Below are positions 8,448 through 18,590 of a stretch of 51,038 nt of DNA, piece by piece (position 1 is the stretch's first letter; every line of letters starts with the position of its first letter). This DNA is from Helicobacteraceae bacterium UBA6016. GTDB taxonomy: Bacteria; Campylobacterota; Campylobacteria; Campylobacterales; UBA6016. The translations under genes were made by a program, and so were the position numbers. The notes below the pieces were generated by a model. That model saw nothing but the letters and a program-made list of their open reading frames with translations. It was not told the DNA's origin and did no database searches. Where the stretch lies: positions 1,855 through 52,892 of the forward strand of contig DIZY01000119.1 of the NCBI GenBank assembly GCA_002428055.1, read 5' to 3'.

Positions 8448-10944
8448 ATACCATTTTAAAACAAACCCCGTTATTTGTATTATAAGCCTCTATTTTTCCG
8501 CCTAGTTTTTCGGTAACTATTAGTTTTACAAGGTGGAGTCCTACGCCTGTGCCGCCACTGTTTGCTTTTGTCGTAAAGCGGTAATCAAATATTTTGTCTA
8601 AATTTGCCGTATCTATCCCGCCGCCGTTATCTGTTATCGCAAGTATCGCCTTGCCGTTTTCTTTTGCTAACTCTATATCTATTTTTGGAGAGTCGGTATG
8701 GTTTTGTTGAAATACATCTTTGGAGTTGCTGATAATACTTAGTATGATGTTTTGGAATGAGTTTTTTGATCCTTCTAGCCAAATATCAGTATCTATTTTT
8801 GCGTTAATTTCTATGTTTAGTTCCTTGAAAACACACTGCAAAATACCAAGCATATCTTTTGTTGCTTCTCCTACATTAAACAGACTCTCTTTTTGATTTG
8901 GATTTAGAAAACCTCTCGTGTCGTCTAGCATTTTTACTAGAAAAGATATTCTATCGTTTACGCTTTTTTTGGAGCTCAAAAGAAGCTCATTTGTTAGCTC
9001 GTTATACTCATTTGCCATAGCTATTTCGCTCATTGTCAAAGAGATGGCAGTAAGCGGCTGCTTCCATTGGTGCGCCATCATGTCTAGCAGTTCGCCGATT
9101 TGCGCCATTTTTGAGCGCTCCGTTATCAGCTGTTCCCCTGCAAGCCGTTTTTTTGTCTCTTCATTAACTCTTTTCTCTAAAATTACATTTTTATAATAGA
9201 GCAAAAACACTACTATCAATATCGCAACAAGCCCTTTTAGGACGGTTTCATAACTTACCCCCTCTTCTACTACGACGCTAAACCATTTGTTTAAGATAGC
9301 ATCTTTTTCGGTTTGAGTTATGCTTTGCAACCCTTTTTCTACTATGCTTACCAATGGTTGATCATCATTTCGTACGGCAGCGCCAAGCTCAAATCGCTCG
9401 TCAAATCGAGCAGATACTTTAAGTCCATTCCACCCCTCTTTGCCCAAAGCGTAGCTGATAGCCGATAGAGCATCAATATAGCCGTATACAAAACCGTCAG
9501 CCACCTTTTTTAGTCCTTCATTGCGATTTTTTACCTCGACAAAATGAGCATTTGGGTATTTTTTCTTTAAAATATCGACAATGGCGTATTCTTTTACGAT
9601 AGCAAGTGGTTGTTCGAAGGCGTCCGAAGAGTTGCCGATGAACTGCTTATCATCTTTTGTGACCAAGGCTAGCGGAGATGAGAAATACGGCTTTGTAAAT
9701 GTAAAAAAGTTCTGTCTTTGTTGTGTCTCCATTGCCATAGACAACATATCACACTCTCTGTTTTTTGCTTTTTGCAAAGACTCTTCCCAATTTTTTGTCG
9801 GCACTACGCTAATTTTTATTTTTAGCCTTTCGGAAAGTATTTTTAGCATATCAGCGGCTATACCCTCGTGAGTACCGCTATTTGTTAGTCGCTCTAGCGG
9901 TAGCCAATCAGGGTCTACACATACTTTTATTTCGCCTTTTTCCGCTAAGTATGCCTTTTCTTTATCGGTTAGCGTAAGATGTTCGGAGCGTATTTTTTGA
10001 AGGTAGTTTTCTAGAATAAAGTCGTTTAACGGCTGTTTGCCGTCATGTTGAGCCATGCCGAGCTCCTCGTAAACGCCAAGTATCTGTGTGAGCCTCCAGG
10101 GATACAAGTATCCAAGTTCTACGGTGTCACTCTTAATAAGTTTTTGCATCTGCGAGGCTTCAAATAGGAGTTGTTCTTTTGTTTTGTTTTCCGTATTGTA
10201 GTGCCTTAAAATAATCTCGCTAATCTCATCCGGATGCGAAAGCGCATACTCCCAGCCTTTCATAGATGCTTTTTTGAAGTTTTCTACCAATTCGGGGTTG
10301 TTTTTTGCAAAACTTTGAGTCGTAAAAAGTATATCCCCGTAAAAATCTATCCCGACGCTTTTTGGATAAAAAAGACGATATTTCGCCTTTTGTTTGCCAA
10401 GATAATAAGGCTCATCGGTAACATATACGGACATAGCATCCACGCTTTTATCCAGTAGCGCTTTTGGGGTGTTTGTATGCTCTATGATATTTTTCTGGTT
10501 AAGCTTGATACCCTCTCTTTTGAAGTATGCTTCCAGTTCTGCCGAGCCGTGCTCTAGCATTATTTTTTTATCCCTCAGGCTTTGCATAGATGATAGATTG
10601 CTATTTTGCAGTGTCATTAAGGCGAATGGAGAGTGTTGGAATATAGCGCCTAAGGCTACTACCGGATCCCCTCTATGATAGCGCAGTAAAAGCTCGCTGG
10701 TATATATGCCAAACTCAGCCTTTCCATGCAAAACATCTCCGTAGCTATCTTTTGTCTCTTTGATTTGGCGAAAGCGGACATCTAGCCCTACATCTTTATA
10801 AAACCCTTTCTCCTTGGCGGCGTAGTATCCTGCAAATTGAAACTGGTGATTCCATTTGAGTTGTAAAGTGACGCTTTTTGGCGCTGTGGCTTGCGCTGCG
10901 AAAAGTGTTAATACCGATAGGAATATAAGGAGTATTTTCTTCAT
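8431..10944 (-). CDS. sensor histidine kinase with two periplasmic solute-binding-like domains
   Basis: 837 aa: signal peptide, an NMT1/ThiY-like domain, then an SBP_bac_3-like domain and a TM helix. H-box MAHQWKQPL and an HATPase_c region (DNGGGI, GGTGVGLHL). Confidence 0.85.
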   Translation of the reverse strand: MKKILLIFLSVLTLFAAQATAPKSVTLQLKWNHQFQFAGYYAAKEKGFYKDVGLDVRFRQIKETKDSYGDVLHGKAEFGIYTSELLLRYHRGDPVVALGAIFQHSPFALMTLQNSNLSSMQSLRDKKIMLEHGSAELEAYFKREGIKLNQKNIIEHTNTPKALLDKSVDAMSVYVTDEPYYLGKQKAKYRLFYPKSVGIDFYGDILFTTQSFAKNNPELVENFKKASMKGWEYALSHPDEISEIILRHYNTENKTKEQLLFEASQMQKLIKSDTVELGYLYPWRLTQILGVYEELGMAQHDGKQPLNDFILENYLQKIRSEHLTLTDKEKAYLAEKGEIKVCVDPDWLPLERLTNSGTHEGIAADMLKILSERLKIKISVVPTKNWEESLQKAKNRECDMLSMAMETQQRQNFFTFTKPYFSSPLALVTKDDKQFIGNSSDAFEQPLAIVKEYAIVDILKKKYPNAHFVEVKNRNEGLKKVADGFVYGYIDALSAISYALGKEGWNGLKVSARFDERFELGAAVRNDDQPLVSIVEKGLQSITQTEKDAILNKWFSVVVEEGVSYETVLKGLVAILIVVFLLYYKNVILEKRVNEETKKRLAGEQLITERSKMAQIGELLDMMAHQWKQPLTAISLTMSEIAMANEYNELTNELLLSSKKSVNDRISFLVKMLDDTRGFLNPNQKESLFNVGEATKDMLGILQCVFKELNIEINAKIDTDIWLEGSKNSFQNIILSIISNSKDVFQQNHTDSPKIDIELAKENGKAILAITDNGGGIDTANLDKIFDYRFTTKANSGGTGVGLHLVKLIVTEKLGGKIEAYNTNNGVCFKMVFSGLH

Positions 10945-11014
10945 TTTCTAATTATAGCAATTTAAAAACTTATAAGGAGTATTTGGTTGGATATATTTTG
11001 GAGTTAAGAAGAGA

Positions 11015-11030
11015 ACCCGCCGTAGCGGGT
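11015..11030 (-). terminator. candidate intrinsic terminator downstream of efp
   Basis: ACCCGC-cgta-GCGGGT hairpin 15 nt past the efp stop, followed on the minus strand by TCTCTTCTT. Confidence 0.45.
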
Positions 11031-11044
11031 GTGATTGCGGTGTT

Positions 11045-11608
11045 TTATTTTACTTTGTCTAGGTAGTCGCCTGTTTTTGTATCAACTCTTACTTTATCGC
11101 CCTCAAGAACATGGTAAGGAACTTGCACGGTAACACCTGTTTCAAGTTTTGCAGGTTTTCTGCTTCCGCTTGTAGTATCGCCTTTGAAGTTTGGCGGCGT
11201 CTCTACTACCAGTAGCTCAACTACGGCAGGTACATCAACCGTAATAGGCTTACCGTTATGGAAAAGTACTTCCACTTCCGTAGAGTCGATAATATAGTCT
11301 TTTGCGTCGCCTACTTGGTCATGCGTAAGCGGGTACATTTCAAATGTCTCTTGCTCGATAAAGTGCATATAATCATCATCGGAGTATGAGAAGTTCATTA
11401 CTCTTTGCTCCAGATTCGGCTCATCCGCTTTATCGCCTGCGTGGAATGTCTTTTCTAGTACTCTTCCGTCTATAAGAGATTTGATTTTTGCCCTTACAAA
11501 AGCTGCGCCCTTGCCAGGTTTTACATGTTGATACTCTACAACCCTATATGGGATGCCTTCGAGTTCTATTTTGAGACCTTTTTTAAGGTCACCCATTGAA
11601 TATGCCAT
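11045..11608 (-). CDS. efp: elongation factor P
   Basis: 187 aa. Canonical EF-P sequence: [39 protein letters not shown]. Confidence 0.95.
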   Translation of the reverse strand: MAYSMGDLKKGLKIELEGIPYRVVEYQHVKPGKGAAFVRAKIKSLIDGRVLEKTFHAGDKADEPNLEQRVMNFSYSDDDYMHFIEQETFEMYPLTHDQVGDAKDYIIDSTEVEVLFHNGKPITVDVPAVVELLVVETPPNFKGDTTSGSRKPAKLETGVTVQVPYHVLEGDKVRVDTKTGDYLDKVK

Positions 11609-11650
11609 GCAACTACCTTTTTTATTTAATTATTAATTATAAATTATAAC

Positions 11651-11682
11651 GAAGCTATCGTAAATTTTACGATTATAGCTTC
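11651..11682 (-). terminator. long hairpin overlapping the RND gene stop codon (terminator/attenuator candidate)
   Basis: GAAGCTATCGTAA...TTACGATTATAGCTTC forms an imperfect stem of about 13 bp with a 2-nt bulge. AT-rich sequence follows on the minus strand before efp. Confidence 0.35.
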
Positions 11683-14600
11683 GGTTCAAGATGCTCTAGT
11701 CCGACCTGGTCGGGATTTGTTCCTAATACTTTATGTAGCCCTTTTCTTCTAACAAATCTCCAGAATAGCAGAGGAATGACGACAAGCGTCAATACCGTAG
11801 AGACCAAAACGCCAAAGATCAAAGAGACCGCAAGACCTTGCCATACCGGATCTATGACGATGACGGTGGAGGCCAAAATAATAGCCAAAGCGGTCAATAA
11901 AATAGGCTTAAATCTAGTAGCGGCAGCCTCTATGACGGCATCTTCAAGCGACATTCCGGAGCGCAACAGATCAATGGTAAAGTCGATAAGCAGCAATGCA
12001 TTTCTTACGACGATACCGGCAAGCGCAATAAAGCCTATCATACTGGTAGCCGTAAAATAAGTAGGCATTGCAAAATTCATAATAAAATGCCCGAAAAGCA
12101 CACCGATAAATGTAAGCGGAATAGTCGACAAAACGATACCTGGAATTCCGAAGTTGCCGTAATATACGACCATCAAAAGGTAGATAAGGACTACGGCGAT
12201 ACCGAATGCGCCGCCAAGATCCCTAAATACATCAAATGTAATATCCCATTCGCCGCCCCATTTTATATCATATACTTCACCGGTCTTATTGTCTTTTGCT
12301 TTTAGCGCTAGTCGTGGATTGCCGTCGTAGCTGAAGGTATACCCCTCTAAAAACTTATTATTTTTTAGTTCAGACCAAGCGTCGGCAAGAGCGTATACGG
12401 AGCCTCTTTTGTTCATCTCGCCGGTTACCATCGTAATCTCTCTTAGGTCTTTACTGGTAACAACGCCCTCTCTTGGAATCATCGTCACTTTGGTCACCTC
12501 GGAGAGCGGCACCATTCTTCCGGTCGCCATAGACATAAGCTTGATATTTGCCAAATCCTCTGGAGAGTTTCTACTCTCTTTATCGAATCTTACAAAAATA
12601 CCTACCTGCTCTTTTTCATCAGGCAGATGCGCTACGCTCACAACGGCTCCGCCCATAGACATAGCCAAAGTTTGTGCTATCTGCTCTGTTGTAATTCCAC
12701 TTAGAGCCGCCTTTTGTCTATCCGGCACTATCGAGTATTTCATTACTGCATCGTCTGCGAATATATCTATATCAACGATACCATCTGTCTTATGGTAAAG
12801 CTTTTTGATACCCTCGGCAAGACGCATTCTGCCCTCATAATCGCCGCCGAATATCTCCGTTACCATCGTGGCTACGACCGGAGGCCCCGGAGGGTCTTCT
12901 ACGAGTTTTATCTTGGCGTCTGCGATAGATTGGCATTGCCCTTGAATAATCGGTCTCATGCGACCTACCATCGGTGCTGATTGCTCATTTCTATCGTTTT
13001 TATCTTTTAGATTTACCCTGATTTCAGCTACATTGTCCCCTTTTTTCATTCCCGTTCCGCGAAGAAGTCCGTTAAAGTCTATGACTCCGGTCATTCCGGT
13101 AAATGTCTCATAATCGGCGACTTCAACCTCTTTTGCCAAAATATTTTCAACGCATTGCGCCGTCTTTTTGGTCTGCTCTATAGAGGAACCTGTAGGCAAA
13201 TCTATCGTGATATTGAATGTATTGTTATTGCCGCTCGGTAGCATTTTGAATAACACCAAGTGAAAAACCGGCAAAGTAAGCGAAATAAAGAATAAAATAA
13301 TAATTCCGCCCATAAATGAGTATCGTTTTGAACGAACTTGAAGCATAGGTCTTACATATTGTTGATAAAAACCGTAGATTTTTGTCTTTTTCAGATCAAA
13401 CGGTTCGGCATGGCTATCGTGTTTTAAAAACTTAAGCGCCAACCACGGTGTAAACATATACGCTATAGCAAGCGAGGCTAGCATCGCAACGGGCACATTG
13501 AACGGAATCGGACGCATATAAGGACCCATCATTCCCGTAACAAACATCATCGGCAAGAATGCAAATATAACGGCAATTGTGGCAACATTTGTCGGATTGC
13601 CTATTTCGTTTGTTGCTCTGACTGCCGCCTCATCTCTCGGCTCTTTTGCCATCGCAAAGTGTCTGTGAATATTTTCGATAACGACGATAGCAGAGTCGAC
13701 CAATAGCCCAAGCGCCAAAATAAGCGCAAAGAGGGTGATTCTATTGATGGTCTGTCCGACAAGCATGCCTATAAAGAGCGTTATCGCCAAAATAAGCGGC
13801 ACGGTAAAGGCGACTATCAAAGCCTCTTTCCAACCCAATGTAAAAATGAGCAGAATGACTATAATCGCAATAGAGATAAAAATATGGAAAATTAGCTCAT
13901 TTACAGCCTCATCCGCCTTGTGTCCATCGTTTCTAGTCGTAATAATATCAACTCCGGCGGGAAGCGTAGATTTTAGCTCCTCTATTTTTTTCATTACATC
14001 TTCGGCTACAAATACCGCATTTGTGCTTCGTTTTTTTGCCAAATAGAGCGTTACCTGCCCTACTTTGTTTTTGCCAAAACTAGTCTCGCCTTTAAAGGCA
14101 AGTCCCGGCGTAATCGTTGTTTCCTGTTTTTCTTGAGCGTTTATACCGTCTTCTATTTCGGCTATATCTTTTAGATAGATAGGTCTGCCTTGGTAGTTTG
14201 CGACAAGAATATTTTTTAGATCATCAACGGAGTTTATAAAACCGGAAAATGAAGCAGAGAGAGAGAACTTATCCCCCTCGAAATTGCCTAGCGGGTAGCT
14301 TTTTGAAGCGCCGCCGAGCGCCATTGCTATTTGACCTGGAGCTATATTGTATCCGGCGAGTTGCGCTGAGTTCATTTTGATATTAAACTGCTTTTTGTGA
14401 CCGCCTTTGATGCCGAGCACTGATACATTTGGCACAACGGATAGAGGCTCAATCAGCCTTTGCGCCATTCTGTACAGATCCGTGTCGTTATATTTTGAGC
14501 TTGAAAGCGCAAGTGTTAGTATCGGCACCTCATCGATGTCTACAGGTTTTACCAGTGGAGACATAGCCTCTTTTGGCAAAATATCCATATTTTGCATAAC

Positions 14601-15023
14601 TCTATCGTAGAGCTTTACCAGAGATTTTTCTTTGTTTTCGCCCACTTTGAAAGCTACCGTGACGACTCCGAAGTTTTCAAAAGCCATACCGTAGATATGG
14701 TCAACCTCTGTCATTTCGTTGAGTTTTCTTTGAAGAGGGTTGACTATGATATTTTGCACCTCCTCCGGTGTGGCTCCCGGATATGCGACTATTACACTGC
14801 CGCTAGGTACATCTATCTGTGGATTTTCTTCTCTTGGCGTAAATGATACGGCAATTACGCCCACCAGAATGATAAACATAGCGATAATCGCCGTTATAGG
14901 ACTAAATAGAAACTTTCTAGCAAGTTTTCCGGCGCTATTTAACGATAGCTCTTCTTCGATTTTTGCTATTTCTTTTAGCGCAAGCGGATTTTCGCACTCT
15001 ATTTTTTCTTGTTTTTTATGCAT
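11673..15023 (-). CDS. RND efflux transporter permease (AcrB/CzcA superfamily)
   Basis: 1116 aa with a 12-TM, two-large-loop architecture. Third gene of a TolC-MFP-RND operon with 4-nt and 11-nt junctions. Confidence 0.9.
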   Translation of the reverse strand: MHKKQEKIECENPLALKEIAKIEEELSLNSAGKLARKFLFSPITAIIAMFIILVGVIAVSFTPREENPQIDVPSGSVIVAYPGATPEEVQNIIVNPLQRKLNEMTEVDHIYGMAFENFGVVTVAFKVGENKEKSLVKLYDRVMQNMDILPKEAMSPLVKPVDIDEVPILTLALSSSKYNDTDLYRMAQRLIEPLSVVPNVSVLGIKGGHKKQFNIKMNSAQLAGYNIAPGQIAMALGGASKSYPLGNFEGDKFSLSASFSGFINSVDDLKNILVANYQGRPIYLKDIAEIEDGINAQEKQETTITPGLAFKGETSFGKNKVGQVTLYLAKKRSTNAVFVAEDVMKKIEELKSTLPAGVDIITTRNDGHKADEAVNELIFHIFISIAIIVILLIFTLGWKEALIVAFTVPLILAITLFIGMLVGQTINRITLFALILALGLLVDSAIVVIENIHRHFAMAKEPRDEAAVRATNEIGNPTNVATIAVIFAFLPMMFVTGMMGPYMRPIPFNVPVAMLASLAIAYMFTPWLALKFLKHDSHAEPFDLKKTKIYGFYQQYVRPMLQVRSKRYSFMGGIIILFFISLTLPVFHLVLFKMLPSGNNNTFNITIDLPTGSSIEQTKKTAQCVENILAKEVEVADYETFTGMTGVIDFNGLLRGTGMKKGDNVAEIRVNLKDKNDRNEQSAPMVGRMRPIIQGQCQSIADAKIKLVEDPPGPPVVATMVTEIFGGDYEGRMRLAEGIKKLYHKTDGIVDIDIFADDAVMKYSIVPDRQKAALSGITTEQIAQTLAMSMGGAVVSVAHLPDEKEQVGIFVRFDKESRNSPEDLANIKLMSMATGRMVPLSEVTKVTMIPREGVVTSKDLREITMVTGEMNKRGSVYALADAWSELKNNKFLEGYTFSYDGNPRLALKAKDNKTGEVYDIKWGGEWDITFDVFRDLGGAFGIAVVLIYLLMVVYYGNFGIPGIVLSTIPLTFIGVLFGHFIMNFAMPTYFTATSMIGFIALAGIVVRNALLLIDFTIDLLRSGMSLEDAVIEAAATRFKPILLTALAIILASTVIVIDPVWQGLAVSLIFGVLVSTVLTLVVIPLLFWRFVRRKGLHKVLGTNPDQVGLEHLEPKL

Positions 15024-15033
15024 CTTGGCTTTC

Positions 15034-16047
15034 CTAATTTATCGCCTGGCCGTCAACTAGGTCAGCCTTTGGATACTCTATAACTTTTGCGCCTACTTTG
15101 ACGCCCTCGACTTGAACCTGATCGTTTAACGCTCTAACTACTCTAACCGGATAGAATTTTACTTTTCCAGCTTCCACCGCAAATACACCTTTTATCCCGC
15201 CTCTGCTTGTCAGCATACTTGGAAGTATTGATACGCCGCCGCTTTTGTCGCTTGAGGCTACCAAAAGTTTTGCGTACATACCCGGAATTAGCCCAGCTTG
15301 GTCTTTTATGCTTGCCCTAACGCTAAAAGAGTGCGTAGCCATATCGGCGGCAGGTGTTACGGATATTACGGTTGCATCGCTTTTTTTGTTGGCTGAAGGA
15401 ACGACTACCATGGCGGTTGCGCCTGGTTTTATTTTGCCTGCGTCTTGCTCCGGTAGCGTCACATTGATTCTAAGATTATCGGAACCTGACACTATTAAAA
15501 CAGGGTGACCGGGAAGCGCCATTTCCGATACATTTGCCATTTTTCGTACAACCACACCGTTTACCGTTGAGCGTACTGTTGTATATTTGTACTGCTCGCT
15601 AGCTTGATTTTGCCCCTCTTTTGCCATCTGCATACTCTGCTCTCGCATCTGCATATTGAGCTTCATTTTTTCCAAATCTCTAAGCGGTACCGCACCTTTT
15701 TCATAGAGGGTCTGAAATCTATCGTAGTCTCTTTTTGCGTCATCATACGCTAGTTTTGCCTGCATGGCGCCCGCATCCGCCATTCTTTTTCCGGCATCTA
15801 TATCGGCAGGGTCTACCTCAAAAAGCAGCTGCCCTTTTTTGATTTTGTCGCCCTCTTCGACCGCTATTCTTTTGATATATCCCATCATTCTAGTGGATAC
15901 CATCGTCTCGGTAGGAGAGTATAAAACGCCGACAAACTCTTTGCCGCCGCCGCCGTTGATAGCTTTTGCCTCTCCTATCTTATAATTAGAACCCGCCAAG
16001 GCGATAGAAGCCATGGCGCTCAAAAGCAATAAAACTGGTTTTTTCAT
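15034..16047 (-). CDS. efflux RND periplasmic adaptor (membrane fusion protein)
   Basis: 337 aa: signal peptide, a lipoyl/hairpin-like region (GQLLFEVDPADIDAG) and a beta-barrel C-terminus. Overlaps the upstream gene by 4 nt. Confidence 0.85.
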   Translation of the reverse strand: MKKPVLLLLSAMASIALAGSNYKIGEAKAINGGGGKEFVGVLYSPTETMVSTRMMGYIKRIAVEEGDKIKKGQLLFEVDPADIDAGKRMADAGAMQAKLAYDDAKRDYDRFQTLYEKGAVPLRDLEKMKLNMQMREQSMQMAKEGQNQASEQYKYTTVRSTVNGVVVRKMANVSEMALPGHPVLIVSGSDNLRINVTLPEQDAGKIKPGATAMVVVPSANKKSDATVISVTPAADMATHSFSVRASIKDQAGLIPGMYAKLLVASSDKSGGVSILPSMLTSRGGIKGVFAVEAGKVKFYPVRVVRALNDQVQVEGVKVGAKVIEYPKADLVDGQAIN

Positions 16048-17414
16048 TCTCCGTCCTTTTCTACAAATTTCATTCCTAGCGCCAATCTAAGCTCGGCCGC
16101 CGCCATCGCTTCATCATATTTTGCCTGTATTAGCTCTGCCCTTGCTTTTGCGGCATCAGCCTCTTTTAGTAGCAAGTTTGCCATCGGGGTTAGACCGTTT
16201 TTGTACATCTCTGTCGTATGTCCGACAACCTCTTCTGAGAACTCTTTGCTTTTTTGTTTTTCGATAATAACCGCTTTTTTGGCTTGATATGTCAGAAAAT
16301 TTTTCTCAACATCAAGGGCTATTCCGTCTCTCATATATTCATAGTAGTTTTTTGTCTGTAGATATTCGACTTTTGCTTTTTGTGCATCTGCTCTTGTTTT
16401 ACCGCCGTCAAATAGCGTATAGTTCAGACCCACGCCGACAAGATAGTAGCTTTTTTCGTTATTCGTAGTTATTCTATCGTCACTAAAACCGTATTTGGCT
16501 TGAAGCCCTATCATCGGCCACTGATCGGCGCTTTCAAAACCGACTTTATTGTGCATGGTTTTGAGATTGTAATCCATCCATTTGAAGTCTTCACGATTTA
16601 AAAGAGCGTCTTGTTTTAGTGTTTGTAGGCTCTCTTTTGTAAGAACTGTTACATTTTCAAAAGCGCCGACATCCGTGATAGTCTCATCTGAGCTTAAAAA
16701 TCTAAGGTACGCTAAGGCTAGTTGATATGCGTTGTTAGCCTCTATAAGTTTTGCATTGACTTGTGCATCATAACTCTCGGCCTGCAACTTATCTGATTTT
16801 ACCACCATTCCGGCATCTAGAAAATCACCCGCCAGCTTTACAAAGCTACTCGTTGTCTCCTTGCCTTTTTTTGCAGCCTCTATAAAGTATTTTGCAGCAA
16901 CCGCTCCATTGTAGGCGCTTAGAGTCTCTTTTGCAAGAAGCTTTTCATCTCTTTGGAACTTAATCTCGTTGGCTTTTACCTGAAGCGCCGCCATTTGTCT
17001 TGCGTGATATAGTTTAAAGCCTGTAAAGATAGGCAGTTCGTAGCTAATAGAAGTATCGAAATTCTCTATTGATTTTGGTTTATTCAAATCTTTTGGCACA
17101 ACATTTAGCAAATTTGGATTTGTCATATCAAACGCTGCAAAACCAAAATCGGCAAATGTTGCCTTTCTGCTTCCTAGTTTGGAGGCGAAAACATACATTG
17201 GATTGTTTGTATTCATATATGTCTCAGAGACTACCACTTTACCTAGGTTCATGCCTTGCGCCGCGTTTAGTTGTTCTTTTGCAATATCTATATTTAATCG
17301 CTTGGCTTGAATCTCTTTATTGCTCTGTAGAGTTTTTTGTAATATTTCTTTAAATTCGTATTGTTTTGCAAGCAACAAAGCAGGCAACGCAACAGCTAAA
17401 ACAAATCTAATCAA
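16044..17414 (-). CDS. TolC-family outer membrane efflux protein
   Basis: 456 aa with a signal peptide and duplicated OEP-type coiled-coil/beta repeats. First gene of the efflux operon. Confidence 0.85.
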   Translation of the reverse strand: MIRFVLAVALPALLLAKQYEFKEILQKTLQSNKEIQAKRLNIDIAKEQLNAAQGMNLGKVVVSETYMNTNNPMYVFASKLGSRKATFADFGFAAFDMTNPNLLNVVPKDLNKPKSIENFDTSISYELPIFTGFKLYHARQMAALQVKANEIKFQRDEKLLAKETLSAYNGAVAAKYFIEAAKKGKETTSSFVKLAGDFLDAGMVVKSDKLQAESYDAQVNAKLIEANNAYQLALAYLRFLSSDETITDVGAFENVTVLTKESLQTLKQDALLNREDFKWMDYNLKTMHNKVGFESADQWPMIGLQAKYGFSDDRITTNNEKSYYLVGVGLNYTLFDGGKTRADAQKAKVEYLQTKNYYEYMRDGIALDVEKNFLTYQAKKAVIIEKQKSKEFSEEVVGHTTEMYKNGLTPMANLLLKEADAAKARAELIQAKYDEAMAAAELRLALGMKFVEKDGE

Positions 17415-17553
17415 GCTTTTCTCCTTTAAAATAAAAAATAAAAAATCGTAATAATTACTACGAATAATAAATGTAATTATAAAATACGATAATTCTGAAG
17501 TCTAAATTGTAGCATAATTAGCCATATTCAAAGCAGTCGGTAGAAGACTTTTT

Positions 17554-18363
17554 TTACGGTTTCATCCAGATAAAAACTCCTACTAAGGCAACGATAAATT
17601 GCAACGCCAAAATAAACATCGAACCTATTATATTACCGACTTGACAACTTGTGCACTGTTTGTATTTTTTGGCCTCGTATTGCGCATAGAAAAAATAAAC
17701 TACGATTAAAATCGGAACCAGCCAAATTGCATATTTTTCGATTGCGTATATATATTCTTTTGAACCGTGAGAAAAAAACGGAATAATGAATGTTACGATA
17801 ATTCCCAATATTAGATATTTAGCTGTTTTTTTGATATATTCCCTGTAAAAAATAGTAGGACAAGAGCCGCTGCTACTATCTTTTACAAGCCCGAATTTTA
17901 GGTAGTCGTTGATTTGCTGTTTTACGCCATTATCTACTCTGTCCACAAAGGTGCTTCCAAAGCTATAATCAAGCTGATGCTGCAATACCCTCGCCGCTTC
18001 GCCCTCCAAATCTTTATGATGAGCTTCGCCTCGCATATCTTCGTATATAATTGTAATTCTCTCATACCTATCGACATCCACGCTTATGCCCTTATAGTAT
18101 AAGCTTCGCTCCGTTGCCGTAGCTTTGCCGCTATGTTTTATGATTCTTGCGTTTATATAGGGCGTATAAATGTTATTTTCTTTAATTACGATGATATTGT
18201 ATTGAACGCCTATGAGAATGGCGCTAAGAGCCTCGATGTCATGCGCTTTCATGGTGTCTATCATGTCGCTAATCCAGCCTTGAAGCTCGTCGTTAAAGAA
18301 ACGAACATTTGCGCTAATAAGCTTGACGGTTGGGTCTGGGTATTTGATTATATCTTTTTGCAT
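17554..18363 (-). CDS. peptide-deformylase-like domain fused to a C-terminal multi-TM domain (catalytic motifs degenerate)
   Basis: The N-terminus IIKYPDPTVKLISANV... aligns by eye with Def. However, motif 2 (EGCLS) reads ERSLY and motif 3 (HExxH) reads HQLDY. The C-terminal ~100 aa contain 3 hydrophobic helices. Confidence 0.6.
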   Translation of the reverse strand: MQKDIIKYPDPTVKLISANVRFFNDELQGWISDMIDTMKAHDIEALSAILIGVQYNIIVIKENNIYTPYINARIIKHSGKATATERSLYYKGISVDVDRYERITIIYEDMRGEAHHKDLEGEAARVLQHQLDYSFGSTFVDRVDNGVKQQINDYLKFGLVKDSSSGSCPTIFYREYIKKTAKYLILGIIVTFIIPFFSHGSKEYIYAIEKYAIWLVPILIVVYFFYAQYEAKKYKQCTSCQVGNIIGSMFILALQFIVALVGVFIWMKP

Positions 18364-18382
18364 TTATTGGGCTTTCGAAAGT

Positions 18383-18402
18383 TACCCGGCAAAAGCCGGG
18401 TA
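18383..18402 (-). terminator. 8-bp GC-rich hairpin between the small ORF and the def-like gene
   Basis: TACCCGGC-aaaa-GCCGGGTA. Only a weak T-run follows on the minus strand, so it may be a terminator or a stabiliser. Confidence 0.35.
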
Positions 18403-18409
18403 AAAAGTT

Positions 18410-18574
18410 TTAGTGGCTTTTGCTTACCACAACAAGCATTTTTAGATTTATCGCAACAAATCTAATAAGCTGCCAAATTTTGCAAGTTCTAAGAAATCTT
18501 GCCGTTTTGCCGGGAATCATAGCCGTGTTAAATTTTTCATTTTTACCGAAGTTTACTTCTTCTACTTTTGCCAT
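18410..18574 (-). CDS. uncalled 54-aa ORF immediately downstream of sqr
   Basis: ATG 18574 is preceded by AAGGAGAAA and lies 16 nt after the sqr stop. Translation: MAKVEEVNFGKNEKFNTAMIPGKTARFLRTCKIWQLIRFVAINLKMLVVVSKSH. It falls below the 60-aa ORF-track cutoff. Confidence 0.4.
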   Translation of the reverse strand: MAKVEEVNFGKNEKFNTAMIPGKTARFLRTCKIWQLIRFVAINLKMLVVVSKSH

Positions 18575-18590
18575 TTTTTTCTCCTTCTTT

